From a virus (taxonomy: Duplodnaviria > Caudoviricetes), in IMG/VR virus record IMGVR_UViG_3300021197_001620, positions 1 through 52,348 of that record: DNA of 52,348 nt; one strand, 5' to 3'. How positions within the stretch are numbered: the first letter of the stretch is position 1; each line of letters opens with the position of its first letter. A program made the position numbers and the translations under genes. This document shows positions 18,704-27,575 of the stretch, in pieces. The notes beneath the pieces are model-generated. The model was not told the DNA's origin, did no database searches, and worked only from the letters and a program-made list of their open reading frames with translations.

Positions 18704-18732
18704 AATATAACATGCTATGGCATGCTTGTCAA
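18704..18732 (-). promoter_or_regulatory. sigma70-type promoter
   Basis: TTGACA-N17-TATATT; leader hairpin CCTCACTGAAGTGAGG at 18670-18685. Confidence 0.8.
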
Positions 18733-18739
18733 GTATTTT

Positions 18740-18970
18740 TTAGTACTTTATTCCATCAATGATAATTTCTTCGGGTTCTCGACAATATTGATCCCAAATC
18801 CACTGCCTTATTGATTCTATTGGAGCGAAGGTGAAAAGCAGGGCTTGGCGCCCTGTCTCATACTCGCAAACTATATCTTCGATGTCTGGGCGATAAAATG
18901 AGATAAACGACATGTTATCACATCCTGGTGCCCAGAACACCGTTACATCAATTCTTTCTGGCATGCTCAC
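18740..18970 (-). CDS. hypothetical protein
   Basis: Probable GTGA coupling to the dnaE stop; start uncertain. Confidence 0.5.
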   Translation of the reverse strand: MSMPERIDVTVFWAPGCDNMSFISFYRPDIEDIVCEYETGRQALLFTFAPIESIRQWIWDQYCREPEEIIIDGIKY

Positions 18971-21900
18971 CCCAATAGTTTCCAGTTTCTTGATAATCCA
19001 CCTTTTGTGGAGAAGCCCCAAGTGGCGTTGAATGTCGGCCACTCCAAGACATAAAGTCTGTGAGGATAAATGAAGTCCGCCTCTGGGTTGACACCCCAGC
19101 AATTGATCTTTTGAGTCTTCATGCTTGAGTCAATAACCATGACTTGATAGTAGAACTTACCAGTCTTCGTCTTGCGTGTGGTGACTTCCGTTGGGATGCA
19201 CCATGCTTTACCGAGTTCTCGATCATATTCCGACAATGGATTGATGCCTTGCAACTCAAAGAATCTATAAGCCTTTACTGGAACAACCATGTTGATTGGA
19301 TAGATGCCCGTCAACGCTTGCAAGTGATTGATTGTCTCAGCCTTTGTGAAAGAGCCTTCGTCTTTATATTTCTCAATGTTCTCTCGAAGCTTTTTCTTGT
19401 TCTTCGGCTTGTCAACAACAACGGCAGACCAGAAGTGTTTGTCTCCAAAGAAACGTTCATCCATCAAGGATTCCATCGCTCCGGCTCGACACATTGCGTC
19501 TAACGACTTTTTATTGACTTTCCGTGCAACTACCCCTTTGTCAAACAAAAGGTCCTCTACGGACGAAAATGGGCGTTTAAAGATGACTTCATCAATTGCT
19601 GCTTCACCAAGACCTTTGATGGTTGTCAGAGGAGGAACAAGTCTTCCACCTCGCACTTCCCATGCTGTGCCTGACGTGTTAATGTCTAGAGCAGCAACCT
19701 TGTAGCCAAATGATCGAGCAATGTTGATAGCGGCTTCTTTGCGCTTGTCAGGTTCGTGGTCAAGGAATGAAGAGATCCATTCGTCTTGATAGTAAGTCTG
19801 CATCCATGCACATTGATAAGAGATGATGGAATAAGGAATAGCGTGGTTCTTTGAGAAGCCGTAGCCAGAGAAGTACTCCATCTTGCCCCAAAGCACCTTT
19901 GCATCAGCAAAAGACATTCCTTTCTTCTCGCAACCTTTAACGAAGCGTTCGTAAAGATCTTTCTTCTTCTTCATCTTTGTTCCAGACAAACCTTTCTTTG
20001 TCAACAACTTACGAAGCACATTTGCATCCGACATGGTAATCTTGTCACCAAGGGTGTTGACCAAGTTCATAATGTCTTCTTGAAACACGATAAGCCCATA
20101 GGTCTTACCGAGTACTTCTTCGATGATTGGATGGTCATAGTCAATCTCTTCGGTTCCATGCTTTGCTTTCACATACATCTTGTCAACATTCGCAGACAAA
20201 GGACCGGGACGATAGATAGCAGACACAGTGGCAATCTCTTCAATCGAGTTTACCTTTGCGTTTGTTCCAAGTCGTTGCATGCCAGAGTTCATGAACTGGA
20301 AGATGCCAGCATATTTGCCTTCGTGGAAGACTTCACGATAAACTCTCTCGTCTTTCATGTCGAGCTTTGATGGATGGAGATTGTCCATATACCATTGCTT
20401 GCATTGTTCGAATGTTGGCTCGCGAACTCCCTCTTTCTTTAAGATGCGCATAATCGCATCCTCGAAGGTCTTAAGAGTCTCGAGACCAAGAATATCAAAC
20501 TTGATGAAACCAAGAGGTTCGAGGTGACGAACGTTCATTCCTTCGGCCCAAGGTGTCTGACGAGTTCCCTTTGAGGTAATAAGAGGCATCTTGCTTGGAA
20601 GATAGTCTCCGATGATAGCACCAGCAGCATGTCGACCGATAGATCGCGGTGAACCAACAAGTCCAAAGACCTGCTCTTTCACATGCGGATAATTTCTAAA
20701 GAACTGTTGTAGTGTCTCGGAAAAGTCACAGACCTCTTGAAAGGTTGGAGTATAAACACCAGCCTTGATGCCGTGCTTCTTCTTTGCTTTCGGCGTTGCT
20801 TCAACAAACATGGCCTTCGTTACCTTGTTCACTTCGGTAAAGTCGATGCCTTCACGCTTCGAGATGTCTTTGATTAGAGATGAGAGTTGAAGAGTGTTGT
20901 AGTTCGAGATGAACGCAACAGAGTCTTCACCCCACTCTTCAACCATCTTGTCTTTGATAAGAGAGTTGTCTCCGAAGTCAATGTCGATGTCTGGAAAGCC
21001 ATCAGAGCCACGAGTAAGGAAACGTTCGAAAGGAAGATTCCATTCCATAGGATCAATCTGTGTAATCTTCAGGAGGAAAGCCAATAGAGAACCTGCTGCA
21101 GATCCGCGAGCAGGACCGACAAATGTGTAGTTCCAAGAGAAATCAGTGATTGCTTTTGTTGCAAGAAAATATTCAGAGAATTTTTGAGAAGCAATGACAT
21201 CGAGTTCTTCCTCTAATCTTTTTCGATAGTGTCGTTTCTTAGTCTTGTCAGACCCTCGCAAGTAGAGACGTAAAGCTTCGTCAGCGAGTTCTTTGAGAGC
21301 TTCGTCAGCGCTTTTGTCGCTTGGAACCATAAAAGAAGGAAGCTGCACAGAAGTATCAGGAAGAAAATCTTCAATCTGCTCGAAAGCGATGGTGGCTGTG
21401 TTGGTGATTGACTCCATAACGAGATCATCGCTATAGACATGGTCACCATCATCAGAGTATCGTTTATATGATTCCCACATTTCGTGAGCGTTCTTTGGAT
21501 AAAGTTCATAGCCGATCTCCTCTACTGATTCAGGGATGTTGTCATCCATCCACGCAGGCATTTTACCCAACCAACCTAAACGCTTGTAAACTTCTCTATC
21601 TTTCCATGATGTTGGAGTTGGATAGTGAGAGTCGCATGTCGAGATAAGTTTGATGTCGAGTTTCTGTGCTACTTTAATTAGACATTTGTTCAATAGATGT
21701 TGCTCTGGAATGTTGTTCCATTGCAATTCAGCATAGAATCTATCTCCAAAGGTGTCTCGGAACTTTGTGAGATTGGCCAGCATGTCGTCGACAATCGCAT
21801 CCTCGCCCTCTTCTTGGTGTTTCCACATAGAACCAGCAGCAATGCCACCAAGACACGCTGTGGCTACAATAACGCCCTCTTGATGCTTCTTTAGAAGATC

Positions 21901-22389
21901 CCAGTCGATACGTGGTTTCCGATAGAAGTAGTCTCCAGTGTATGACTTGGAAACCATCTCGTAGATATTCTCGAGACCTTTCTGATTTTGTGCGAGAAGA
22001 ATAATGTGACGCTTACGTCCAAGTGCTCTCTTGTCGTTGCGTTGCTCATCCTCGACAACCATGGCCGAGTCTGACTTGTCAATCTCTTTTGCCTTCTTCT
22101 TGTCTGCAGCCATCTCATTGCGAAGAGTTTGCCACTCTTCAAGAGAGTCGATGTAGTAAGCCTCAACGCCAAAGATTGGCTTGAAGTCTTTGCCTTCCGC
22201 TTTCATTTCTTTTGCGCGTAGTAATTGATAGGATAGACCATTCATGCTTCCATGATCGGTTAAGGCCAATGCTCGAGATCCATTCTCGTGTGCGAAATCC
22301 ATGTGCTCCTGTGGGAAGCCAAAGCCGTCGAATAGGCTGAAGCACGAGTGACCGTGCAAGTTTACAAATTGTTCTTTTCTTAATTCCAT
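18967..22389 (-). CDS. dnaE: DNA polymerase III alpha subunit (family C)
   Basis: PHP domain HGHS..S.FDG/TDHG; RGSAAGS, FERF, PDIDID, KFDILGL, RPGP, YGFSKNHA; start moved to MELRK. Confidence 0.97.
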   Translation of the reverse strand: MELRKEQFVNLHGHSCFSLFDGFGFPQEHMDFAHENGSRALALTDHGSMNGLSYQLLRAKEMKAEGKDFKPIFGVEAYYIDSLEEWQTLRNEMAADKKKAKEIDKSDSAMVVEDEQRNDKRALGRKRHIILLAQNQKGLENIYEMVSKSYTGDYFYRKPRIDWDLLKKHQEGVIVATACLGGIAAGSMWKHQEEGEDAIVDDMLANLTKFRDTFGDRFYAELQWNNIPEQHLLNKCLIKVAQKLDIKLISTCDSHYPTPTSWKDREVYKRLGWLGKMPAWMDDNIPESVEEIGYELYPKNAHEMWESYKRYSDDGDHVYSDDLVMESITNTATIAFEQIEDFLPDTSVQLPSFMVPSDKSADEALKELADEALRLYLRGSDKTKKRHYRKRLEEELDVIASQKFSEYFLATKAITDFSWNYTFVGPARGSAAGSLLAFLLKITQIDPMEWNLPFERFLTRGSDGFPDIDIDFGDNSLIKDKMVEEWGEDSVAFISNYNTLQLSSLIKDISKREGIDFTEVNKVTKAMFVEATPKAKKKHGIKAGVYTPTFQEVCDFSETLQQFFRNYPHVKEQVFGLVGSPRSIGRHAAGAIIGDYLPSKMPLITSKGTRQTPWAEGMNVRHLEPLGFIKFDILGLETLKTFEDAIMRILKKEGVREPTFEQCKQWYMDNLHPSKLDMKDERVYREVFHEGKYAGIFQFMNSGMQRLGTNAKVNSIEEIATVSAIYRPGPLSANVDKMYVKAKHGTEEIDYDHPIIEEVLGKTYGLIVFQEDIMNLVNTLGDKITMSDANVLRKLLTKKGLSGTKMKKKKDLYERFVKGCEKKGMSFADAKVLWGKMEYFSGYGFSKNHAIPYSIISYQCAWMQTYYQDEWISSFLDHEPDKRKEAAINIARSFGYKVAALDINTSGTAWEVRGGRLVPPLTTIKGLGEAAIDEVIFKRPFSSVEDLLFDKGVVARKVNKKSLDAMCRAGAMESLMDERFFGDKHFWSAVVVDKPKNKKKLRENIEKYKDEGSFTKAETINHLQALTGIYPINMVVPVKAYRFFELQGINPLSEYDRELGKAWCIPTEVTTRKTKTGKFYYQVMVIDSSMKTQKINCWGVNPEADFIYPHRLYVLEWPTFNATWGFSTKGGLSRNWKLLG

Positions 22390-22418
22390 ATGTCCTCCAA
22401 GACTTGTGTGATGTTTAT

Positions 22419-22447
22419 AATGTAACACGGCATGCTTTCTTTGTCAA
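22419..22447 (-). promoter_or_regulatory. sigma70-type promoter (dnaE)
   Basis: TTGACA-N17-TACATT. Confidence 0.8.
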
Positions 22448-22455
22448 GTAAAAAG

Positions 22456-22629
22456 CTAAACTTTTATTAAGTCTTCTTCGTCAACCCAATAGACCTGTGA
22501 AGCTATGAAGTCGTAAACACGACAGATGTAGTAGCTTTCTCGGCCTGATAATTTTCTTTCTTCTCTATCTGTTATGATGCAAAGACTATCATCTAACCAC
22601 TTGCAAATGCATAGCTGTCCGATGGTCAT
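22456..22629 (-). CDS. KOW/SH3-like microprotein (57 aa, not in ORF track)
   Basis: MTIGQLC...LCII...CRVYDF...YWVDEEDLIKV*. Confidence 0.65.
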   Translation of the reverse strand: MTIGQLCICKWLDDSLCIITDREERKLSGRESYYICRVYDFIASQVYWVDEEDLIKV

Positions 22630-22847
22630 TTGTCTCCCTTAGCGTGCTCTAGATAAAATTCCATCATTCGCTCTTTTGTATTCCATGGCAACCAAAGAAC
22701 CTCGATCATGTCTTGCCTTGTCCCACTGTAGGACTTGAAAACATTTCTCTCGACTCTTGTTATGATGCCAATTCTTTTATTGGGGTTATAGCGAGACCTT
22801 ACAATCCCGCTTGCTTTAAACCTAACCATATCTCCGACATCAAACAT
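22626..22847 (-). CDS. KOW/SH3-like microprotein
   Basis: MFDVGDMV...IGII...EVLW. Confidence 0.65.
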   Translation of the reverse strand: MFDVGDMVRFKASGIVRSRYNPNKRIGIITRVERNVFKSYSGTRQDMIEVLWLPWNTKERMMEFYLEHAKGDK

Positions 22848-23031
22848 CGGAGACGTGAAGAGTTAACACCATGGTTTTTTGACAGAGTAGTGCCCATTCC
22901 ATGGAACCAACAATGAGTGGTTCGACGTCAAAATGCTCCTTGAAATGATCTTCTCTAGTTCTTGCTTCGCACAATGATGGTGCTCGAGGAACATAGTAGT
23001 TGTCTTTAAAAATAATAAATTCGTAAGTCAT
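22840..23031 (-). CDS. hypothetical protein
   Basis: ORF with SD. Confidence 0.55.
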   Translation of the reverse strand: MTYEFIIFKDNYYVPRAPSLCEARTREDHFKEHFDVEPLIVGSMEWALLCQKTMVLTLHVSDV

Positions 23032-23040
23032 TTGTCTCTC

Positions 23041-23382
23041 CTATTTCATGAATGCTTGAATTAACAACAATGCTGCACAAAGCAAGAATGAAATTCCATT
23101 CTTTGCGGTGAACATCTGCTCTCCTAGGAAGTACCAAGTGAGAGGTATAAAGATTAAATAGCCAATTCCAAAGGTCATGAACCTAATTGACCACAAAGCC
23201 TCGACTTCTTCATACATAAATTTTGTTCCAAAGGCAAAACACAGTGTAGTCAACGGAGCGGAACATGCTGCGATGAGCATTGCTTTCGTTGCGTTCTCTT
23301 CCACTATGATGCCTGAGTTGCTCTGGAACCAAGCAAGGGTCTGCCCTATAACGAACAGAAGTAAGCCGTAGTATAATTTCAT
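23041..23382 (-). CDS. four-TM membrane protein (DMT/EamA half-like)
   Basis: Four hydrophobic helices; FLGE motif before the last helix. Confidence 0.6.
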   Translation of the reverse strand: MKLYYGLLLFVIGQTLAWFQSNSGIIVEENATKAMLIAACSAPLTTLCFAFGTKFMYEEVEALWSIRFMTFGIGYLIFIPLTWYFLGEQMFTAKNGISFLLCAALLLIQAFMK

Positions 23383-23579
23383 TCTTCCTCCTTGAGTGGT
23401 GGGATTGATGAGTTGTAGAAGCTCTCCGTGAGATCCTCGGCTTGTTTCTGATAAACTCCAGCCATTTCCATGTCTCCCGCTCTTTGAGCCTCGAATGACT
23501 TTTGCAAGAGGTCTTTCACTTTTTGTTGTTGTTTCTCTTCTTTCGACTTAATGCCGAGTAATTTCTTTAACCAGTTCAT
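23379..23579 (-). CDS. hypothetical small helical protein
   Basis: MNWLKKLLG amphipathic start; ATGA-coupled. Confidence 0.65.
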   Translation of the reverse strand: MNWLKKLLGIKSKEEKQQQKVKDLLQKSFEAQRAGDMEMAGVYQKQAEDLTESFYNSSIPPLKEEE

Positions 23580-23932
23580 TTGTTCTCCTTGGTCTGCTTG
23601 GGTTGGGTTGAAATGAGTAATGATTCTAGCCGTTTGTTGTTTTCTCTATTGATGGATTGTTGAATTAACTCGTCAACTTCTAGGTTTCCATTATATTTCA
23701 TAGCCGAGATGACCTCTTTAACAAAGGCTTGAAACTTTGGATCATGACTAGACATTTCAAGCAAGTCATCACATGTGTTCTTAGCATAATCAGCAGCATC
23801 ATCAACTTTCCACTCATCGCCTCTAAACGCGTCGGCACAATCCCATTCGTTTTCAATGTAACATTCTGAAAAGTACTTTTTGAATGTTTCAATAAAGTCT
23901 TTAGCATATGAAGTTCTAGGTATTAAGTCCAT
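23576..23932 (-). CDS. hypothetical protein
   Basis: ORF with GGAGG SD. Confidence 0.65.
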   Translation of the reverse strand: MDLIPRTSYAKDFIETFKKYFSECYIENEWDCADAFRGDEWKVDDAADYAKNTCDDLLEMSSHDPKFQAFVKEVISAMKYNGNLEVDELIQQSINRENNKRLESLLISTQPKQTKENK

Positions 23933-23944
23933 TATTCTTCCTCC

Positions 23945-24889
23945 TTATTTCGCAGCCATGCAAGATGAGCCAGACATTAGCTCACGCATCTTGAATAGAC
24001 CGATTTCTTTATGCTTACACTCGAGCATGATGTCCATGCGGTGGCCGTAGGTGTCGATAGGCGTCCAATAAGAGTCGCTGTGTGCTTGTGGGCGGATCTT
24101 AGGGTTGTCATGCTCTACTGCTCGTGACTGGCTGTAGTGAACGACAGGGACGACGTCACCCCATGTCTTGAGTGCTAGTTCGACTGCTTCTTGTTGAGAC
24201 AAGCCACCAGTGCACATAGTGTGATGATGATAGTCATGAACGATAGGGATGCCGATAACACTGAAGATACCGTCGTAGAGTTCTTTGGTTGAGTAGAGAC
24301 TTTCCTTGTCGTCGTTCTCCACGGTCAAGCGTGTCTTGACCGCATTGGATAAGCGTGCGAAGTTCTTGCAGAAATCCGCCATGGCTTTAGGCTTGTCGTT
24401 GTAAGCCGCACCGACATGAATGTTGATCTTAGCCCAAGGAGAGCGAGGTTGACACAAAAGGTCCATCATCTTACCATTGACCTCGAGGTCTTTGATAGTG
24501 TTTTGCACAACCTGCTCATTTGGAGAACAAAGTTTGTTGAAGGGGCCGGGATGACATGTGAGACGAATGTCGTGCTCGTTAGCATACAAGCCGGCTTCAT
24601 AGAGTGCTTCTTCGATAGCGTCGAAGTCTTTGAGGTCTTCGAGGTCATACTCGGAAGCCCATGGGAAAATTTCTGAAGACATGCGAAAGAAGTGAATGTC
24701 GTGTTTTGCGTTCCACTCAAGGATTGTCTTGAGGTCTGTGACATTTTGCAAGATGATCTCGGATACATAGTCGAGTCCCTTCTCTTGGAATGTCTTCTTA
24801 CGCATTGTGCGATTGGTTGACACCTTCACCTTTAGTGATGAAAGTTCGGTGCAAATACAAGCGTAACCTAAATTATAGTTCTTAATCAT
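23945..24889 (-). CDS. uvsE: UV DNA damage endonuclease
   Basis: LGYAC, FFRMSS, HPG.F, INIHVG, ENDD, DYHHH, HYS, AHSD, MLECK.KE. Confidence 0.95.
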   Translation of the reverse strand: MIKNYNLGYACICTELSSLKVKVSTNRTMRKKTFQEKGLDYVSEIILQNVTDLKTILEWNAKHDIHFFRMSSEIFPWASEYDLEDLKDFDAIEEALYEAGLYANEHDIRLTCHPGPFNKLCSPNEQVVQNTIKDLEVNGKMMDLLCQPRSPWAKINIHVGAAYNDKPKAMADFCKNFARLSNAVKTRLTVENDDKESLYSTKELYDGIFSVIGIPIVHDYHHHTMCTGGLSQQEAVELALKTWGDVVPVVHYSQSRAVEHDNPKIRPQAHSDSYWTPIDTYGHRMDIMLECKHKEIGLFKMRELMSGSSCMAAK

Positions 24890-24915
24890 TTGTCCTCCAT
24901 GATTGTTATGTTAGT

Positions 24916-24944
24916 AATATAACGTATTGAGGATCACTTGTCAA
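24916..24944 (-). promoter_or_regulatory. sigma70-type promoter (uvsE)
   Basis: TTGACA-N17-TATATT. Confidence 0.8.
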
Positions 24945-25119
24945 GTATTTCTTCTAACTTTTTTAAAAACTCTTGTTGTTGTCTGTAGGATAGGTAATAG
25001 AAACAGCAAAAGGCGATGGTTGGAATTATTATCCCAAAGAACATCGCCTTCCAGAAGATTGCTTTAAATATTAAATCTGCTGCTGTCACTTCATGCTCTT
25101 TGAGCCGCGACATTTCCAC
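24934..25119 (-). CDS. small membrane protein
   Basis: Single hydrophobic segment; start uncertain. Confidence 0.5.
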   Translation of the reverse strand: MEMSRLKEHEVTAADLIFKAIFWKAMFFGIIIPTIAFCCFYYLSYRQQQEFLKKLEEILDK

Positions 25120-25655
25120 TTCTTTCTAGAGAGAGCATTTGCACATGGCGGGTTCTTACATTTCTTAATCTTCGCAGAACGAGCACAATAGGCATCACCT
25201 TTCTTAGTTCCCGGTCGGATGCGATCACCACCACTTTTGGCCTTCCCTTTCTGTCCGTATGAGCGGCACTTACCGTTTACACGCTTTGCGAATCGCTTAC
25301 CCTTTGATGGCTTGCATGCCTTTTTCTTTTTGTTCTTTTCCAACAATGGATCTAAATCACTTACCAGTTCGTTATGGCTAGGATCAAGTGGATACTCTTT
25401 TGTTCCTAGGTGGTCATACTGCGAGTCAGATAGATTATTTACAAATGCATCAGTATAATCACTTTTGAAGTCGTCAGGAATGTTAAGTTCCGACATTCTC
25501 TTCTCAATCATTTCTCTTGTTGGTAAACCAGAAAGATTCTCTGCGTCTTGTTTGCCTATCTCTCTAAATCTCATTTGTTCTTTAGACTCATTTAGAACAG
25601 CTTCGAGCTCTTCTTGGATGATGTTTCGTAATTGTTCGTTTGTGATGTTCATCAT
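25086..25655 (-). CDS. tagged protein with C-terminal Lys/Cys-rich domain
   Basis: MNITNEQLRNIIQEEL tag; SYGQ...YCARS...NALSRKKWKC. Confidence 0.8.
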   Translation of the reverse strand: MMNITNEQLRNIIQEELEAVLNESKEQMRFREIGKQDAENLSGLPTREMIEKRMSELNIPDDFKSDYTDAFVNNLSDSQYDHLGTKEYPLDPSHNELVSDLDPLLEKNKKKKACKPSKGKRFAKRVNGKCRSYGQKGKAKSGGDRIRPGTKKGDAYCARSAKIKKCKNPPCANALSRKKWKCRGSKSMK

Positions 25656-25879
25656 ATCTCTCCATAAAATTGTTTGTCGCCGACCTTCACAGAGATCTTA
25701 GAGTCATAACCGCGCTCTCCCTCTCTCACTTCCCAAGCTTCGAGTTCTTCAAATGGTAAGGTGTTACCATTGTGCTTGTTTAGATTTGCATATATTTGCT
25801 TCTTCACTTCTTCGGATGGCTTTTCTCTAGTCACCTCTTCAAGAATCATTTTTTTTAGCATTGCTTCTGTTAGTTTCAT
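25652..25879 (-). CDS. tagged small protein
   Basis: MKLTEAMLKKMILEE tag. Confidence 0.7.
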   Translation of the reverse strand: MKLTEAMLKKMILEEVTREKPSEEVKKQIYANLNKHNGNTLPFEELEAWEVREGERGYDSKISVKVGDKQFYGEI

Positions 25880-26247
25880 TTCTTCTTTCCTTTCTTTGCT
25901 TTTTTGCCCCAAGACTTGCCTTTGCCTCTTTCCTTACATGCGCCCGGGGTAGGTCTACAGGCGGGGTATTTCTTACGCTTCTCTCCGTCTCCTCGACCAC
26001 AAGATTTGTAGCCACCAGATCCATCGGGAGAGTTACAGTCAACCCACCCTTTCTTTTTGCCCTTAGCTCCTTTACGACCAAACCAGTCTCTCAAGGAAGA
26101 CTCTTTGGAAGACTCGGTACCAGCTTTCTTTGCTTTGCCTTTCTTCTTTTTTGACTTAGATTTCTTCTTTTTCTTCTTCTTTTCATCGAGAACAGCGGCT
26201 AACTCTTCCTTGATGATTTGTTGCAATTCTTCGTGAGTAATGTTCAT
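25876..26247 (-). CDS. tagged Lys-rich/Cys-containing protein
   Basis: MNITHEELQQIIKEEL tag, poly-Lys, LRDWF...WVDC...CGR...YPACRP. Confidence 0.8.
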   Translation of the reverse strand: MNITHEELQQIIKEELAAVLDEKKKKKKKSKSKKKKGKAKKAGTESSKESSLRDWFGRKGAKGKKKGWVDCNSPDGSGGYKSCGRGDGEKRKKYPACRPTPGACKERGKGKSWGKKAKKGKKK

Positions 26248-26780
26248 TTCAATTCTTTCCCGCAAGCCTTGCAAGTCTTCTTCTCGTCGATACCGGCTTT
26301 TTTCAGTTTTGTGTAGTATTCTGGATCTTCGAACACATGCTCCATTGCAATCTCGTGAGCTTTCTTTTCGCCGTGTTCTTTGGCTTCTTCTTTGGTGCCC
26401 ATTTCAAGCTGCTTGTTGATCTTCTCTAGAGACACTCCGTGCTTATCTGCGATTTGTTGATGCATTTCTTCCATTGTTCCGTGCAATTCATCACTATGGC
26501 CGCCTTTCTCGAGCTCTTCGTTCGTCTTGTTGCCCCAGTTTGCAGCACCGACCTTGCGACACTTCACAAGAGCACCTGAAGCATAAGCGGAAGGCCAGAC
26601 ATCATATCGAGACTTTACTTTACTATAGCATGCGTCCTTCTTGGCAGCCTTTTTCTTTGCTTTTTTCTTCTTACTCTTCTTCTTTTTTGCGGCTTTGCGC
26701 TTTTTACCTTTCTTTTCATCTAGAACAGCAGCGAGCTCTTCTTTGATGATTTGGTGCAACTCTTCTGTGTCAACTTTCAT
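26244..26780 (-). CDS. tagged two-domain Lys-rich protein
   Basis: MKVDTEELHQIIKEEL tag; DACY.KVK.RY.VWPSAYASGALVKCRK; MG..EE.EH...A.EIA.EH..EDP.YYTKL. Confidence 0.8.
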   Translation of the reverse strand: MKVDTEELHQIIKEELAAVLDEKKGKKRKAAKKKKSKKKKAKKKAAKKDACYSKVKSRYDVWPSAYASGALVKCRKVGAANWGNKTNEELEKGGHSDELHGTMEEMHQQIADKHGVSLEKINKQLEMGTKEEAKEHGEKKAHEIAMEHVFEDPEYYTKLKKAGIDEKKTCKACGKELK

Positions 26781-26800
26781 AATAAAACCCTCGATTGCTA

Positions 26801-26808
26801 TAAATAGT
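26801..26808 (-). promoter_or_regulatory. putative late promoter ACTATTTA
   Basis: Intergenic, heading the cluster of four tagged proteins. Confidence 0.6.
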
Positions 26809-26979
26809 CTATGCAATCCGTTTTAGAAACATTTCTGCATGCAAACTTATGTGTCCATCGCACCATTTTATTTTAGATAGTCCATGTAGTGAATTTACTT
26901 TAATCACTATTCCAAGCCTATATCTTGGATCTGGTGAATCAATCGCATAACAAACAAGATCCCCAAACCTTAAACTCAT
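26809..26979 (-). CDS. KOW/SH3-like microprotein
   Basis: LRFGDLV...LGIVI....IKWCDG. Confidence 0.65.
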   Translation of the reverse strand: MSLRFGDLVCYAIDSPDPRYRLGIVIKVNSLHGLSKIKWCDGHISLHAEMFLKRIA

Positions 26980-27575
26980 TGATCTTGGACCCATCCATAG
27001 TGTGATCTAAGGTAAACTTCCATTACGTTTTCTCGACAATCCTTGCTGTCTCCACATTGAGCCAAGAACCAAGCAAATGTTTTCTTTTTGGTTTCGATGG
27101 TGTCAGAGGCTTTATCTATGTCGTCTATCAGCAACCTATTGGCCTCTTCGACTCTGTCGAGCTCAACATTGTGTTTGTCTGCTATGTCGAAGAAGTCTGC
27201 CCAGCGTTCTTCATTCAGTGCTGCAGTCATTTTCTTGAAGTCTTCTTCGTATTCTTCTTTCCTCGGATCATCTTTGTTTTGACTATCTGGGTGTAGGATT
27301 TTGAGGAGCTTTCTATGGGCTTTTTTGAAGTGCTTCAGTTCTAGCGGTTCAGTAGATGAGTCTTGAAGTTCGCCGTCGTCCTCTCCAAAGTCTATTGGAG
27401 GTGGATTTCCACCCTCTAGTTCGTCGCGAGAGATTCCTTTGTCCTCGATGTATTCTTCAAGTGCCTCTTCAAGTAACTCATTGGCTTCCATCAAGTAATC
27501 TTTGAGATACTCTTCTTCAAACTTCAAAGACTTGAATTGGTTCAGCAATTGTTTAAACCTAAGATGTTCTCTCAT
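26976..27575 (-). CDS. J-domain-containing protein
   Basis: KKAHRKL...LHPD followed by helix ...FK.M..A. Confidence 0.7.
   Translation of the reverse strand: MREHLRFKQLLNQFKSLKFEEEYLKDYLMEANELLEEALEEYIEDKGISRDELEGGNPPPIDFGEDDGELQDSSTEPLELKHFKKAHRKLLKILHPDSQNKDDPRKEEYEEDFKKMTAALNEERWADFFDIADKHNVELDRVEEANRLLIDDIDKASDTIETKKKTFAWFLAQCGDSKDCRENVMEVYLRSHYGWVQDQ

Noticed and set aside
18967-22389. Intein or intron in dnaE (also checked for nrdJ, dnaB, recA)
   Set aside because: Lengths are normal, motifs are contiguous, and no splice-junction signatures were seen
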